Source: Candidatus Methylomirabilia bacterium
GTDB taxonomy: Bacteria; Methylomirabilota; Methylomirabilia; Rokubacteriales; CSP1-6
Direction: 5' to 3'
Assembly (NCBI GenBank): GCA_046758965.1
Contig: JBHIBG010000027.1
Span: forward strand, 1 to 31,025
Length of the DNA: 31,025 nt
This document shows, piece after piece, positions 11,163-19,123 of this stretch; position 1 is the first letter of the stretch; each line of letters starts with the position of its first letter. Under the pieces are notes generated by a model. The model did not search any database. It had not been told where the DNA came from and was given only the letters and a program-made list of their open reading frames with translations. Both the position numbers and the translations under genes were made by a program.

Positions 11163-11552
11163 TTGCACGCTCTGGGACGACACCTGCTTCTCGAGCTGTT
11201 TGACTGCGACGTCGCGGCGATCAATAGCCTCGAGATGGTGAAGGGCGTCTTGGTGGAGGCGGCAAAGCAGGCGCAGGCCACCATCGTCGACGTGATCTTT
11301 CACGAGTTCAACCCGTTCGGGATCAGCGGGGTCGTGGTCATCGCCGAGTCTCATATGTCCGTCCATACGTGGCCGGAGTACCGATACGCGGCGGTCGACA
11401 TCTTCTCGTGCGGGGATGCCCTCCAGCCCGAAGCGGCCGCCCACTACCTGGTCGAACAGCTGGGAGCGGAGCGGACCTCGGTGGTGGAGCTTCAGCGCGG
11501 CGTGTTCGTCCAGAGTATGGTGGCCCTCCCGCACAAGCCGCTGGCCGGCTGA
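11163..11552 (+). CDS. speD: S-adenosylmethionine decarboxylase proenzyme (short, SpeH-type)
   Basis: GRHLLLEL, HEFNPFGISGVVVIAESHMSVHTWPE (ESH cleavage site), DIFSCG; SD AAAGGAGG 9 nt before the TTG start. Confidence 0.93.
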   Translation: MHALGRHLLLELFDCDVAAINSLEMVKGVLVEAAKQAQATIVDVIFHEFNPFGISGVVVIAESHMSVHTWPEYRYAAVDIFSCGDALQPEAAAHYLVEQLGAERTSVVELQRGVFVQSMVALPHKPLAG

Positions 11553-11601
11553 TGGCCCTCCCGGCCTCGCCTCACAGCTGGCCTCTCTTCCGCGCCGGCC
11601 G

Positions 11602-12519
11602 ATGATCATTCTCCAGAGCTACAAGTGGTTCTTCGAGAGCACCACGCCCGTCGAAGGGCACATGCACGCCGTTGTCCGCACCCTTGTCTACGCCGCGACC
11701 AAGTTCCAGCAGATGGAGATCATGGAGACGGTCAGCTACGGCAAATGCCTGGTGCTGGACGGCCGGATTCAGTCGAGCCAAGTCGACGAGTTCATCTACC
11801 ACGAGGCCCTCGTCCACCCGGGTCTCCTCCTCGTCCCCCCGCCCGAGCGGGCGATGGTGATCGGGGGGGGCGAGGGGGCGACGCTCCGGGAGATTCTCCG
11901 CTACCCGACCATCCGCCGAGCCCTGATGGTGGACATCGACGAGGAGGTCGTGGAGGCCTGCAAGCAGCATCTCCCCGAGATGCACCAGGGCGCCTTCGAC
12001 GACCCTCGGACGGAGGTGCGCCACGAGGATGCCCGGGCGTTCCTGGAGCGGACCGAGGAGCGCTTCGATCTGGTCGTGGTCGACCTCACCGAGCCCCTCG
12101 AAGAAGGGCCCGCCTGTCTTCTCTTCACGAAGGAGTTCTACCGCCTCATCCGGGACCGCCTCACCCCGGAGGGCGTCATGACCCTCCAGGCCGGCATGAC
12201 CAAGATCGGCGAACTCGGCTTTTTCACCGCCATCGCTCGCACCCTCCAGGACGTCTTCCCTGTGGTGGCCCCTTACCAGACCTTCGTCTCCTGCTTCGGC
12301 ACCCCGTGGGGGTTCATCGTCGCCTCAAAGAAACACGACCCCCGGACCCTCACTCCGGAAGCCGTAGACCGGCTGATCGCCGAGCGGGTGCGGGGGGAGC
12401 TCGGGTACTGGGATGGGCAGACCCACGCCCATGCCTTCACCCTCCCCAAGCACCTCCGCCAGGCCCTCGAGCAGGCGGACCGGGTGATCACCGACAGTCA
12501 TCTCCTGCTGCTCAGGTAG
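11602..12519 (+). CDS. speE: Polyamine aminopropyltransferase (spermidine synthase family)
   Basis: GKCLVLDGRIQS, DEFIYHEALVHP, IGGGEG, VDIDEEVV, DLTEP, LFTKEFY. Confidence 0.93.
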   Translation: MIILQSYKWFFESTTPVEGHMHAVVRTLVYAATKFQQMEIMETVSYGKCLVLDGRIQSSQVDEFIYHEALVHPGLLLVPPPERAMVIGGGEGATLREILRYPTIRRALMVDIDEEVVEACKQHLPEMHQGAFDDPRTEVRHEDARAFLERTEERFDLVVVDLTEPLEEGPACLLFTKEFYRLIRDRLTPEGVMTLQAGMTKIGELGFFTAIARTLQDVFPVVAPYQTFVSCFGTPWGFIVASKKHDPRTLTPEAVDRLIAERVRGELGYWDGQTHAHAFTLPKHLRQALEQADRVITDSHLLLLR

Positions 12520-12535
12520 GGAGGCCCGGAGCCGG

Positions 12536-12805
12536 GTGGCGGGGCCTCAGCGTCGGGTGGCGTTCATCTTCCTCGTGCTCCTGATCGGGCTCGTGTTCGG
12601 CTCCTTCGTCGGCGACCTGATCGCGACGCTCCTCCCCGGCGGCTTCTCGGAGCGGCTCTTCACGGCGGGACCCACCATCGGGCTGACGAGCCCTGCCACG
12701 TTGGACCTTCGCGTCGTCTCCCTCACCCTGGGCCTGGCTGTGAAGCTCAATCTCGTCGCGGTTCTCGGGGTGGTGCTGGCTGCGCTGGCCCTGCGCAAGC
12801 TCTGA
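12536..12805 (+). CDS. Small membrane protein, DUF4321-like
   Basis: Two hydrophobic segments around PATLDLRVVSLTLGLAVKLN; directly upstream of maf, the usual context for this family. Confidence 0.75.
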   Translation: MAGPQRRVAFIFLVLLIGLVFGSFVGDLIATLLPGGFSERLFTAGPTIGLTSPATLDLRVVSLTLGLAVKLNLVAVLGVVLAALALRKL

Positions 12806-12849
12806 GCGGGGCGCCGCGCGCCCTGGCTGGCCGGCCCGGTAGTGTTCCC

Positions 12850-13491
12850 ATGAGCGGCCCGCTGTTGATCCTGGCGTCGGCCTCGCCGAGGCGGGAGGCA
12901 CTGCTTCGCGAGCTTGGCCTGCCCTTCGTCGTGGTGCCGAGCCAGGTGCGGGAGGTGGTGCCGGCCGGCCCGCCTGTGGAGGCTGTCATCACCCTGGCGC
13001 GGGCAAAGGCCCGGGCAGTCGCTTCGCTCGTCACTGAGGGGCGCGTGAGTGGCCTCAGGCCTGCCGCCGCTGACAGCTCTGCCGCCGAGTTGGGGAGTTT
13101 GGATCCGGTTCTCGTCCTCGGCGCGGACACGGCGGTGGTGCTCGAGGAGAGGATTCTCGGCAAGCCATCGGGGCCCGAGGACGCCCGCCGGATGCTCCTG
13201 GCACTCTCTGGCCGAACCCACGACGTCATCACCGGCGTGGTCCTGGTGGAAGCCAGGCTCGGTCGGGAGGCAAGCGCGGCTCGGGTGACCAGGGTCAGGA
13301 TGGCGGGCTACAGCGAGGCCGAGATCGAGGCCTACCTGGCCACGGGGGAGCCGTTCGACAAAGCCGGGGCCTATGCCGTGCAGGGTCATGGCAGCCGGCT
13401 GGTCGCTCAGGTGGACGGCTGCTACACCAACGTGGTGGGGCTGCCCCTCACCACGACGCGCCGGCTCCTGGCTGGCTGGGGAGTTCCGTGA
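12850..13491 (+). CDS. maf: Maf family nucleoside triphosphate pyrophosphatase (YhdE-type)
   Basis: LILASASPRR, GADTAV, ILGKP, LSGRTH, DKAGAY, NVVGLP. Confidence 0.95.
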   Translation: MSGPLLILASASPRREALLRELGLPFVVVPSQVREVVPAGPPVEAVITLARAKARAVASLVTEGRVSGLRPAAADSSAAELGSLDPVLVLGADTAVVLEERILGKPSGPEDARRMLLALSGRTHDVITGVVLVEARLGREASAARVTRVRMAGYSEAEIEAYLATGEPFDKAGAYAVQGHGSRLVAQVDGCYTNVVGLPLTTTRRLLAGWGVP

Positions 13492-13498
13492 CTGGCGC

Positions 13499-14476
13499 TC
13501 AGCGCTCCGCCGGGAGCTCCCGAGCCTTGTCGAGCGGATCCATGAGGAGGAGGTCCGTGAGGCTGCGTGGGATGAGGACGGCGTGGGGAAGCGGAGCGCG
13601 AGCGCGGATCACGGCCAGGCTCCGCCTGATCGCTTCAGGTCGAACCTGGCCTCCTGGCAGGTATAGCTCCCGAGCAGACTCAAGGCGGATCTTCCTCTCC
13701 TCCTCCTGGGTGCCCAGCACCCGGGGAGGGAGCCGGGCGAGGAGCTCCCCGGGCGGCACGGTCTCCAGCCGGCGGATGGCGCGGAGAAGCGCCCTGGCCA
13801 CGCGGGCGAGTCGGGCAGCGGGTAGAGAATCGTTGGCTCGGGTGAAAAGGCCGGTGTGGACCGTGGCACCGCCGAGCCAACGCTTCGCTTCCCTCCGGAG
13901 CCTGAAGTCCATCAGGATCTTCGCCTTTCCCTCCTTGACAAGGTAGTGCGTCCAGGGATCACCCACGAGCCCCGCGTGGACCTCCCCACGTTCCAGCGCG
14001 GCGACCAGACCGCGGGCCCCGAGGCTCAGGAGGGTGATCCGGGTGAACTCGAGTCCGGCCCGCTCGAGGAGCGCCATGAGCAGTGTCTGCTCGGGAGCAC
14101 CCGGACTGGCAACGCCGACACGCTTGCCGCTGAGGTCCGTCAGCTCGCGGACGCTCTCTTCGTAGGCCGCCGGCACCAGGAGAGCGACGGGTGGAGCCGC
14201 AGTGAGCCCGAAGACCAGACGGGGCGGCTTGCCGTCCGTGGTCCCGAAGCGGAGTGCAGCCTCCAATGAGATGGCGGCCAGCTCGGCCTGGCCTTGGGCC
14301 AGGGCGGCAGCCGCGTCGAGCTCGGTGCGAGCTGAGAGGATGGTTACAGCCAGCCCCTCCCGGGCAAAATCCCCCTGGGCCTCGGCCACCCGGATGGGCA
14401 GGTGCTCGAGCGAGGTGGGAGAGCCGCCGAGAGCAATGGTGAGGCTCGCCTGGAGCACCGCGAGGAGGGCGATCAC
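13499..14476 (-). CDS. ABC transporter substrate-binding protein, SsuA/THI5(NMT1)-like
   Basis: AEAQGDFAREGLAV, DLSGKRVGVASPGA, ALERGEVHAG and GDPW typical of NMT1/SsuA-type SBPs; short hydrophobic N-terminus; GGAG before GTG. Confidence 0.75.
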   Translation of the reverse strand: MIALLAVLQASLTIALGGSPTSLEHLPIRVAEAQGDFAREGLAVTILSARTELDAAAALAQGQAELAAISLEAALRFGTTDGKPPRLVFGLTAAPPVALLVPAAYEESVRELTDLSGKRVGVASPGAPEQTLLMALLERAGLEFTRITLLSLGARGLVAALERGEVHAGLVGDPWTHYLVKEGKAKILMDFRLRREAKRWLGGATVHTGLFTRANDSLPAARLARVARALLRAIRRLETVPPGELLARLPPRVLGTQEEERKIRLESARELYLPGGQVRPEAIRRSLAVIRARAPLPHAVLIPRSLTDLLLMDPLDKARELPAER

Positions 14477-14511
14477 GCTGGAGCGCTCCGCATATGGATC
14501 GAGGGCTTGAG

Positions 14512-15345
14512 ATGAAGCGTGGCACCCGGGGGAAGCGCCGTGTTGGCCCGAGACCCCGGCTGCACGCTCACCCGCTCAGGCGGCGTCTTCTCCGTCTCTA
14601 CCGGGCGCTCTCCTCTCGCTTCGGCCCCCAGCGGTGGTGGCCCGCACACTCCCGCCTGGAGGTGGCCGTGGGCGCGATCCTGACCCAGAACACCGCGTGG
14701 TCGAACGCCGAGCGCGCCCTGGCTCAGCTGAAGTCGCGGCGACTCCTCAAGAATGCCCGACGGCTCGATGCCCTCTCTGAGGCCAAGCTGGCACGGCTGA
14801 TCCGCCCCTCGGGGACCTACCGGGTGAAGGCCCGTCGGCTCAAAGCCTTCCTCGCGTTTGTCCGGGAGCGTTTCGGCGGTCGCCTCTCCCGGATGGCTGC
14901 GGCACCCCTGGACGATCTCCGCGTCGAGCTCCTGGCGATCCCCGGCATCGGGGCTGAGACCGCGGATGCGATTCTTCTCTACGGCGCGGGGCATCCGGTC
15001 TTCGTCGTGGACGCCTACACGAGGCGGGTGCTCGCCCGCCACCGGCTGATCCGGCCCACGGTCGCTTCCGAGGCGCTGAGGGCCCTCTTTGAGCGCCACC
15101 TCCCGGCTGATCCGGCCCTCTTCAACGAGTACCATGCGCTCCTGGTGGCGGTGGGGAAGAGCTACTGTCGGCGTCAGCCGCAGTGCGGGGCCTGCCCGCT
15201 TCGCTTCGACCTGCGGGGCCGCCCGCCCCACCCGCTCCCGACTCGCGGCTCACCCGCTTCTCCCTCGCGCTCGCGCGCACGATCAGGTCGGCGAGCCGCT
15301 CGGCGGCGTCGGGGATCGCGAGGCTCCGGGCGCGTTCCCCCATAG
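14512..15345 (+). CDS. HhH-GPD DNA glycosylase (endonuclease III-related, MpgII-like)
   Basis: WWPA, GAILTQNTAWSN, IRPSG, HhH LLAIPGIGAETADAILLY, FVVDAYTRR, EYHALLV, C-x5-C-x2-C. The exact start and the long 3' tail are uncertain. Confidence 0.85.
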   Translation: MKRGTRGKRRVGPRPRLHAHPLRRRLLRLYRALSSRFGPQRWWPAHSRLEVAVGAILTQNTAWSNAERALAQLKSRRLLKNARRLDALSEAKLARLIRPSGTYRVKARRLKAFLAFVRERFGGRLSRMAAAPLDDLRVELLAIPGIGAETADAILLYGAGHPVFVVDAYTRRVLARHRLIRPTVASEALRALFERHLPADPALFNEYHALLVAVGKSYCRRQPQCGACPLRFDLRGRPPHPLPTRGSPASPSRSRARSGRRAARRRRGSRGSGRVPP

Positions 15346-16369
15346 CGGTCAGCCGCTCAGCATCGGCGAGAAGCGCGCGGATCGCCCGGAGCAGGCGCTC
15401 GGGGGAGAGCTCGGCTTCGGGGAGCAGCTCGGCGCCGCCGGCCTTCTCCACGATCCGGGCATTGGCGGTCTGCTCGTCCCCCCTCGCTCCCGGGAGCGGA
15501 ATGAAGATGGCAGCTTTCCCCAGCTGGCAGCATTCGTTCACCGTTCCCGCTCCCGCGCGGCTGACCACGAGGCTCGCGGCCGCGTACGTGTCTTTGAGAT
15601 CGGACCCCACGTAGGGGAGGAGACGGTACCGCGCGCGGAGGGGTTCGGGGAGCCGCCGCGCCCGCTCCTCCAGCCATTCGCGATCCCGCGTGATCGGGTT
15701 GGCGCCGCACTGGTGGACGATCTGGGTCTCCTCCAGGAGATCCTCGAGGATCTCGCCGACCGTCCGATTGATCCGGTGGGAACCCTGAGCCCCGCCGGTC
15801 ACATAGACCAACCACTGCCCCGGGTCGAGGCCGAGCCGGGCGAAGCCGCCTGCTCTGGAGCCCCCGGCGAGCTCGGGCCTCAACGGGTTGCCCGTCACGA
15901 CCACTCGGTCAGGCGGGAAGGCGTCCCTGGCCTCTTCAAAGGTGAGGGCCACTGCGGAGGCAAATCGCCCCGCGAGCCGGTTGGCGAGTCCGGCGACCGC
16001 GGTCTGCTCGTGGACGACGACGGGAATCGCGAAGGCACGCGCCGCGGCTGCCGGAGGCAGGGCCACGAAGCCGCCCGTGGCGAAAAGGAGGTCGGGGCGG
16101 AGGCGTCGGAGGAGTCTCAGGGAGTGGAAGAGCCCGGCCGGGACGCCTCCCAGAAGATCGGGGATGTTCCGCCAGTCCCAGGAGCGGCGAAGCTTGCCTG
16201 TCGGGATCGCATGGTAGGGGATGCCGGCGGCAGGGACACGGCTCGCCTCGATCCCCCTGCGGCTGCCGATCCAGATGACCTCGACCTCACGGGAGCGGAG
16301 AGCATCGGCCACCGCCAGCCCCGCGCTGGTGTGCCCGCCTGTCCCTCCTCCCGCGATGACGACGCGCAT
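15122..16369 (-). CDS. murG: Undecaprenyl-PP-MurNAc-pentapeptide GlcNAc transferase MurG
   Basis: GGGTGGH, TGGFV, HEQT, GNPLR, GGAQGS, SRAGAGT, DEQTANA. Confidence 0.93.
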   Translation of the reverse strand: MRVVIAGGGTGGHTSAGLAVADALRSREVEVIWIGSRRGIEASRVPAAGIPYHAIPTGKLRRSWDWRNIPDLLGGVPAGLFHSLRLLRRLRPDLLFATGGFVALPPAAAARAFAIPVVVHEQTAVAGLANRLAGRFASAVALTFEEARDAFPPDRVVVTGNPLRPELAGGSRAGGFARLGLDPGQWLVYVTGGAQGSHRINRTVGEILEDLLEETQIVHQCGANPITRDREWLEERARRLPEPLRARYRLLPYVGSDLKDTYAAASLVVSRAGAGTVNECCQLGKAAIFIPLPGARGDEQTANARIVEKAGGAELLPEAELSPERLLRAIRALLADAERLTAMGERARSLAIPDAAERLADLIVRASAREKRVSRESGAGGAGGPAGRSEAGRPRTAADADSSSSPPPPGAHGTR

Positions 16370-16429
16370 TGCTAACCTGAAAGCGGGACGACTGCGCTCG
16401 GTTCACAGCTGGGCACCCGGCTGTCCGCT

Positions 16430-16466
16430 CCCTCTCCCCAGCGGGGAGAGGGTGAAGGGTGAGGGG
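16430..16466. repeat. REP-like palindromic element between ddl and murG
   Basis: Perfect 10-bp stem CCCTCTCCCC-AGC-GGGGAGAGGG followed by TGAAGGGTGAGGGG. Confidence 0.7.
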
Positions 16467-16511
16467 TAGGTGCCTGGGCGAGCGAGTGGCGGATGCCGCC
16501 CGCGCCGGTGC

Positions 16512-17588
16512 TCATCGCCGCTTGTCGGCGTGGCGCTCCAGCGCCAGCTCGACGAGGCGAGAGATCAGCTCCGGGTAGGGGATCCCCGAGGCGGCCCAGA
16601 GTTGCGGATAGGCTGAGGTGGCGGTGAAACCCGGGATGGTGTTCAGCTCGTTCACGATGAAGCGGTCATTTTCGAGAAAGAAGTCTACCCTGGCCATCCC
16701 TGAGCAGTCGATCGCCCGGTATGCTCTGATCGCCAGATCGCGCGCCGCCGCGCTCTGCTGCTCGGTGAGCGGGGCCGGGATCACAAGGCGCGTGAGCCCG
16801 GGCGTGTACTTGGCCTCGTAGTCGTACCACTCCTTGGCAGGCACCACCTCGCCCGGCACCGAGGCCTCGGGAGCGTCGTTTCCGAGGACGGAGATCTCGA
16901 TTTCGCGCCCGCTCGCCGCTCGCTCCACCAAGAGCTTCCGCTCGTAGCGACACGCCAGCGCCATGGCGTCGGGGAGCTCCTCGGGGGATTTCACTTTGCT
17001 GACGCCGACGCTCGAGCCCAGGTTGGCGGGCTTGACGAAGCAGGGGAACCCGAGGCTGGGCGCAACGCGTGAGAGGATCTCCTCGGGATCCGCCTCCCAC
17101 TGGCTCCGGAGGAAGCTCAGATGCTCCACGACCGGGAGGCCATGAGCGCGGAACACCGCCTTCTGCACCACTTTGTCCATGCCCAGGGCGGAGGCTATCA
17201 CCCCGGCGCCCACGTACGGGAGACTCGCCAGCTCGAGGAGTCCCTGAAGAGTCCCGTCCTCCCCAAACGGCCCGTGCACGAGCGGGAAGACCAGATCGAG
17301 CCGGCTGGCGAGGCCCGCGGGGAGACCTCCTGAGGCCTCCACCTGCTCGAGTGCCTCGGTGGGCTCAGGCGTCTCGGCGGGCAGAGCGAGGCTCACGCCG
17401 GCGGCCTGCGCCAGAGCGCGCAGCGGATCGCCGCCCACGAGCCAGCGACCGTCCTTGGCGATCCCGATGGCCACCGCTTCGAAGCGCGCGCGGTCCATCG
17501 CCCCGAAGACCGAGGCAGCCGAGGCGAGCGAGACCTCATGCTCCCCGGAGCGTCCCCCGAATATCACGCCCACGCGCAGTTTCCTCAT
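16512..17588 (-). CDS. ddl: D-alanine--D-alanine ligase
   Basis: FGGRSGEHEVS, HGPFGEDG, MDK, KPANLGSSVG, YDYEAKY, ARVDFF, NELNTIPGFT. Confidence 0.97.
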   Translation of the reverse strand: MRKLRVGVIFGGRSGEHEVSLASAASVFGAMDRARFEAVAIGIAKDGRWLVGGDPLRALAQAAGVSLALPAETPEPTEALEQVEASGGLPAGLASRLDLVFPLVHGPFGEDGTLQGLLELASLPYVGAGVIASALGMDKVVQKAVFRAHGLPVVEHLSFLRSQWEADPEEILSRVAPSLGFPCFVKPANLGSSVGVSKVKSPEELPDAMALACRYERKLLVERAASGREIEISVLGNDAPEASVPGEVVPAKEWYDYEAKYTPGLTRLVIPAPLTEQQSAAARDLAIRAYRAIDCSGMARVDFFLENDRFIVNELNTIPGFTATSAYPQLWAASGIPYPELISRLVELALERHADKRR

Positions 17589-17658
17589 CTTCTGAGTTCT
17601 AGCAGAATTTCCCACGAAAGTCGTCTCTTCGTTAAGACGGCGCGCAGCGCAGGACTCC

Positions 17659-19002
17659 TCACGGGCGCTCCTGCCGGCGGGCCTGACGCCACTGGCGCCA
17701 CCGAGCCAGCCGCTGGGCGATCTCCGCCTCCAGACCGCGGTCAGTGGGGAGATAGTAGGTGCGGCCGCGGAGCGCCTCCGGAAGGTGTTCCTGCTCCACC
17801 AGAGCCTCGGGAGCGTCGTGAGCATACCGGTAGCCCTTGCCGTAGCCGAGGGAAGCCATCAGCCCGGTCGGGGCATTTCTCAGGTGCAGGGGGACCGGTT
17901 CCGCGGGCTTGTCGTGGACGTCCTGCGTGGCCTCGGCGAAGGCGGTGTAGACAGCGTTGGATTTGGGGGCGCAGGCCAGGTACACCGTGGCCTGGGCCAG
18001 GGCGAGCTCGCCTTCCGGGGTGCCGAGAAAGTGATAGGCGTCTTTGGCCGCGACCGCGAGCTGAAGCGCCTGCGGGTCGGCGTTGCCGATGTCCTCGGAC
18101 GCGAACCGGACCAGCCGGCGCGCTACGTAGAGAGGGTCCTCGCCGGAGGCGAGCATCCGCGCCAGCCAGTACAGCGCGGCGTCGGGGTCGGAATCGCGCA
18201 GCGACTTGTGCAGCGCCGAGATCAGATTGTAGTGCTCCTCGCCGGCCTTGTCGTAGAGGAGCGCCTTCCTCTGCGCCGCCTCAGCGATGGTCGCCTCGGT
18301 GATGCGCCGGAGCCCGTCCGCCTCGGGGGTGAGGCTGACGGCCAGCTCGAGGATGTTCAGGGCGGCCCGAGCGTCCGCGTTGGCGAGGCGAGCCGTGCAC
18401 CGGAGCGCGGCATCTTCCACCGAGAGCGCGAGGCGGCCAAGGCCACGCTCGGAGTCGCGGAGGGCGCGGGCGAGGATCGCGAGCAGGTCGTCCTCGCCGA
18501 GCGGGTGCAGCACGTACACTCTCAAGCGCGAGAGCAGCGCCGAGGTGACCTCGAAGGACGGGTTCTCGGTGGTGGCCCCCACCAGGACGAGCGTTCCCCG
18601 TTCCACATGAGGGAGGAAGGCGTCCTGCTGAGCCTTGTTGAAGCGGTGGATCTCGTCCACAAAGAGGATGGTGCGCTTCTTGAATCTCGCTCGCTCTCTC
18701 TCGGCCTCGGCGATGACCTGGCGGATCTCCTTCACCCCGGAGAGGACCGCGGAGAAGGCGACGAAGTGAGCGCCGGTGACCTGGGCGAGGAGGAACGCCA
18801 GGGTGGTCTTTCCTGAGCCGGGCGGACCCCAGAGGATCATCGAGTGGAGGTCTCCAGACTCGATGGCTCTTCTGAGCACCCGACCGGGGCTGACCAGATG
18901 CGATTGCCCCATCACCTCGTCCAGGCTTCGCGGACGCATGCGGTCGGCCAGCGGCGCTCTGGGGGCGGCAGCGGGAGGGGGGACAGGGCCGAAAAGATCC
19001 AT
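17659..19002 (-). CDS. rarA: Replication-associated recombination protein A (RarA/MgsA)
   Basis: PLADRMRP, GPPGSGKTT, DEIHRFNKAQQD, GATTENPSF, ISALHKS, ASEDIG, VPLHLRNAPT. Confidence 0.97.
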   Translation of the reverse strand: MDLFGPVPPPAAAPRAPLADRMRPRSLDEVMGQSHLVSPGRVLRRAIESGDLHSMILWGPPGSGKTTLAFLLAQVTGAHFVAFSAVLSGVKEIRQVIAEAERERARFKKRTILFVDEIHRFNKAQQDAFLPHVERGTLVLVGATTENPSFEVTSALLSRLRVYVLHPLGEDDLLAILARALRDSERGLGRLALSVEDAALRCTARLANADARAALNILELAVSLTPEADGLRRITEATIAEAAQRKALLYDKAGEEHYNLISALHKSLRDSDPDAALYWLARMLASGEDPLYVARRLVRFASEDIGNADPQALQLAVAAKDAYHFLGTPEGELALAQATVYLACAPKSNAVYTAFAEATQDVHDKPAEPVPLHLRNAPTGLMASLGYGKGYRYAHDAPEALVEQEHLPEALRGRTYYLPTDRGLEAEIAQRLARWRQWRQARRQERP

Positions 19003-19011
19003 ACCGGACTC

Positions 19012-19017
19012 ATTATA
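19012..19017 (-). promoter_or_regulatory. -10 box of rarA (near-leaderless transcript)
   Basis: Perfect TATAAT on the minus strand, 9 nt before the rarA ATG; no SD. Confidence 0.55.
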
Positions 19018-19123
19018 GGATATGCTCGGGCCCGCGAACCCCGCCCGCTCGAACCGAGAGTTGTGGTAGGCTGAACACAGTGGTGAGGCCGTGCGGGAGC
19101 AAGAGACCCCGGGAGTTCACCTC

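Noticed and set aside
15089..18816. Plus-strand ORFs 15089-16375, 17538-18302 and 17785-18816
   Set aside because: Antisense shadows of murG, ddl and rarA with no motifs.
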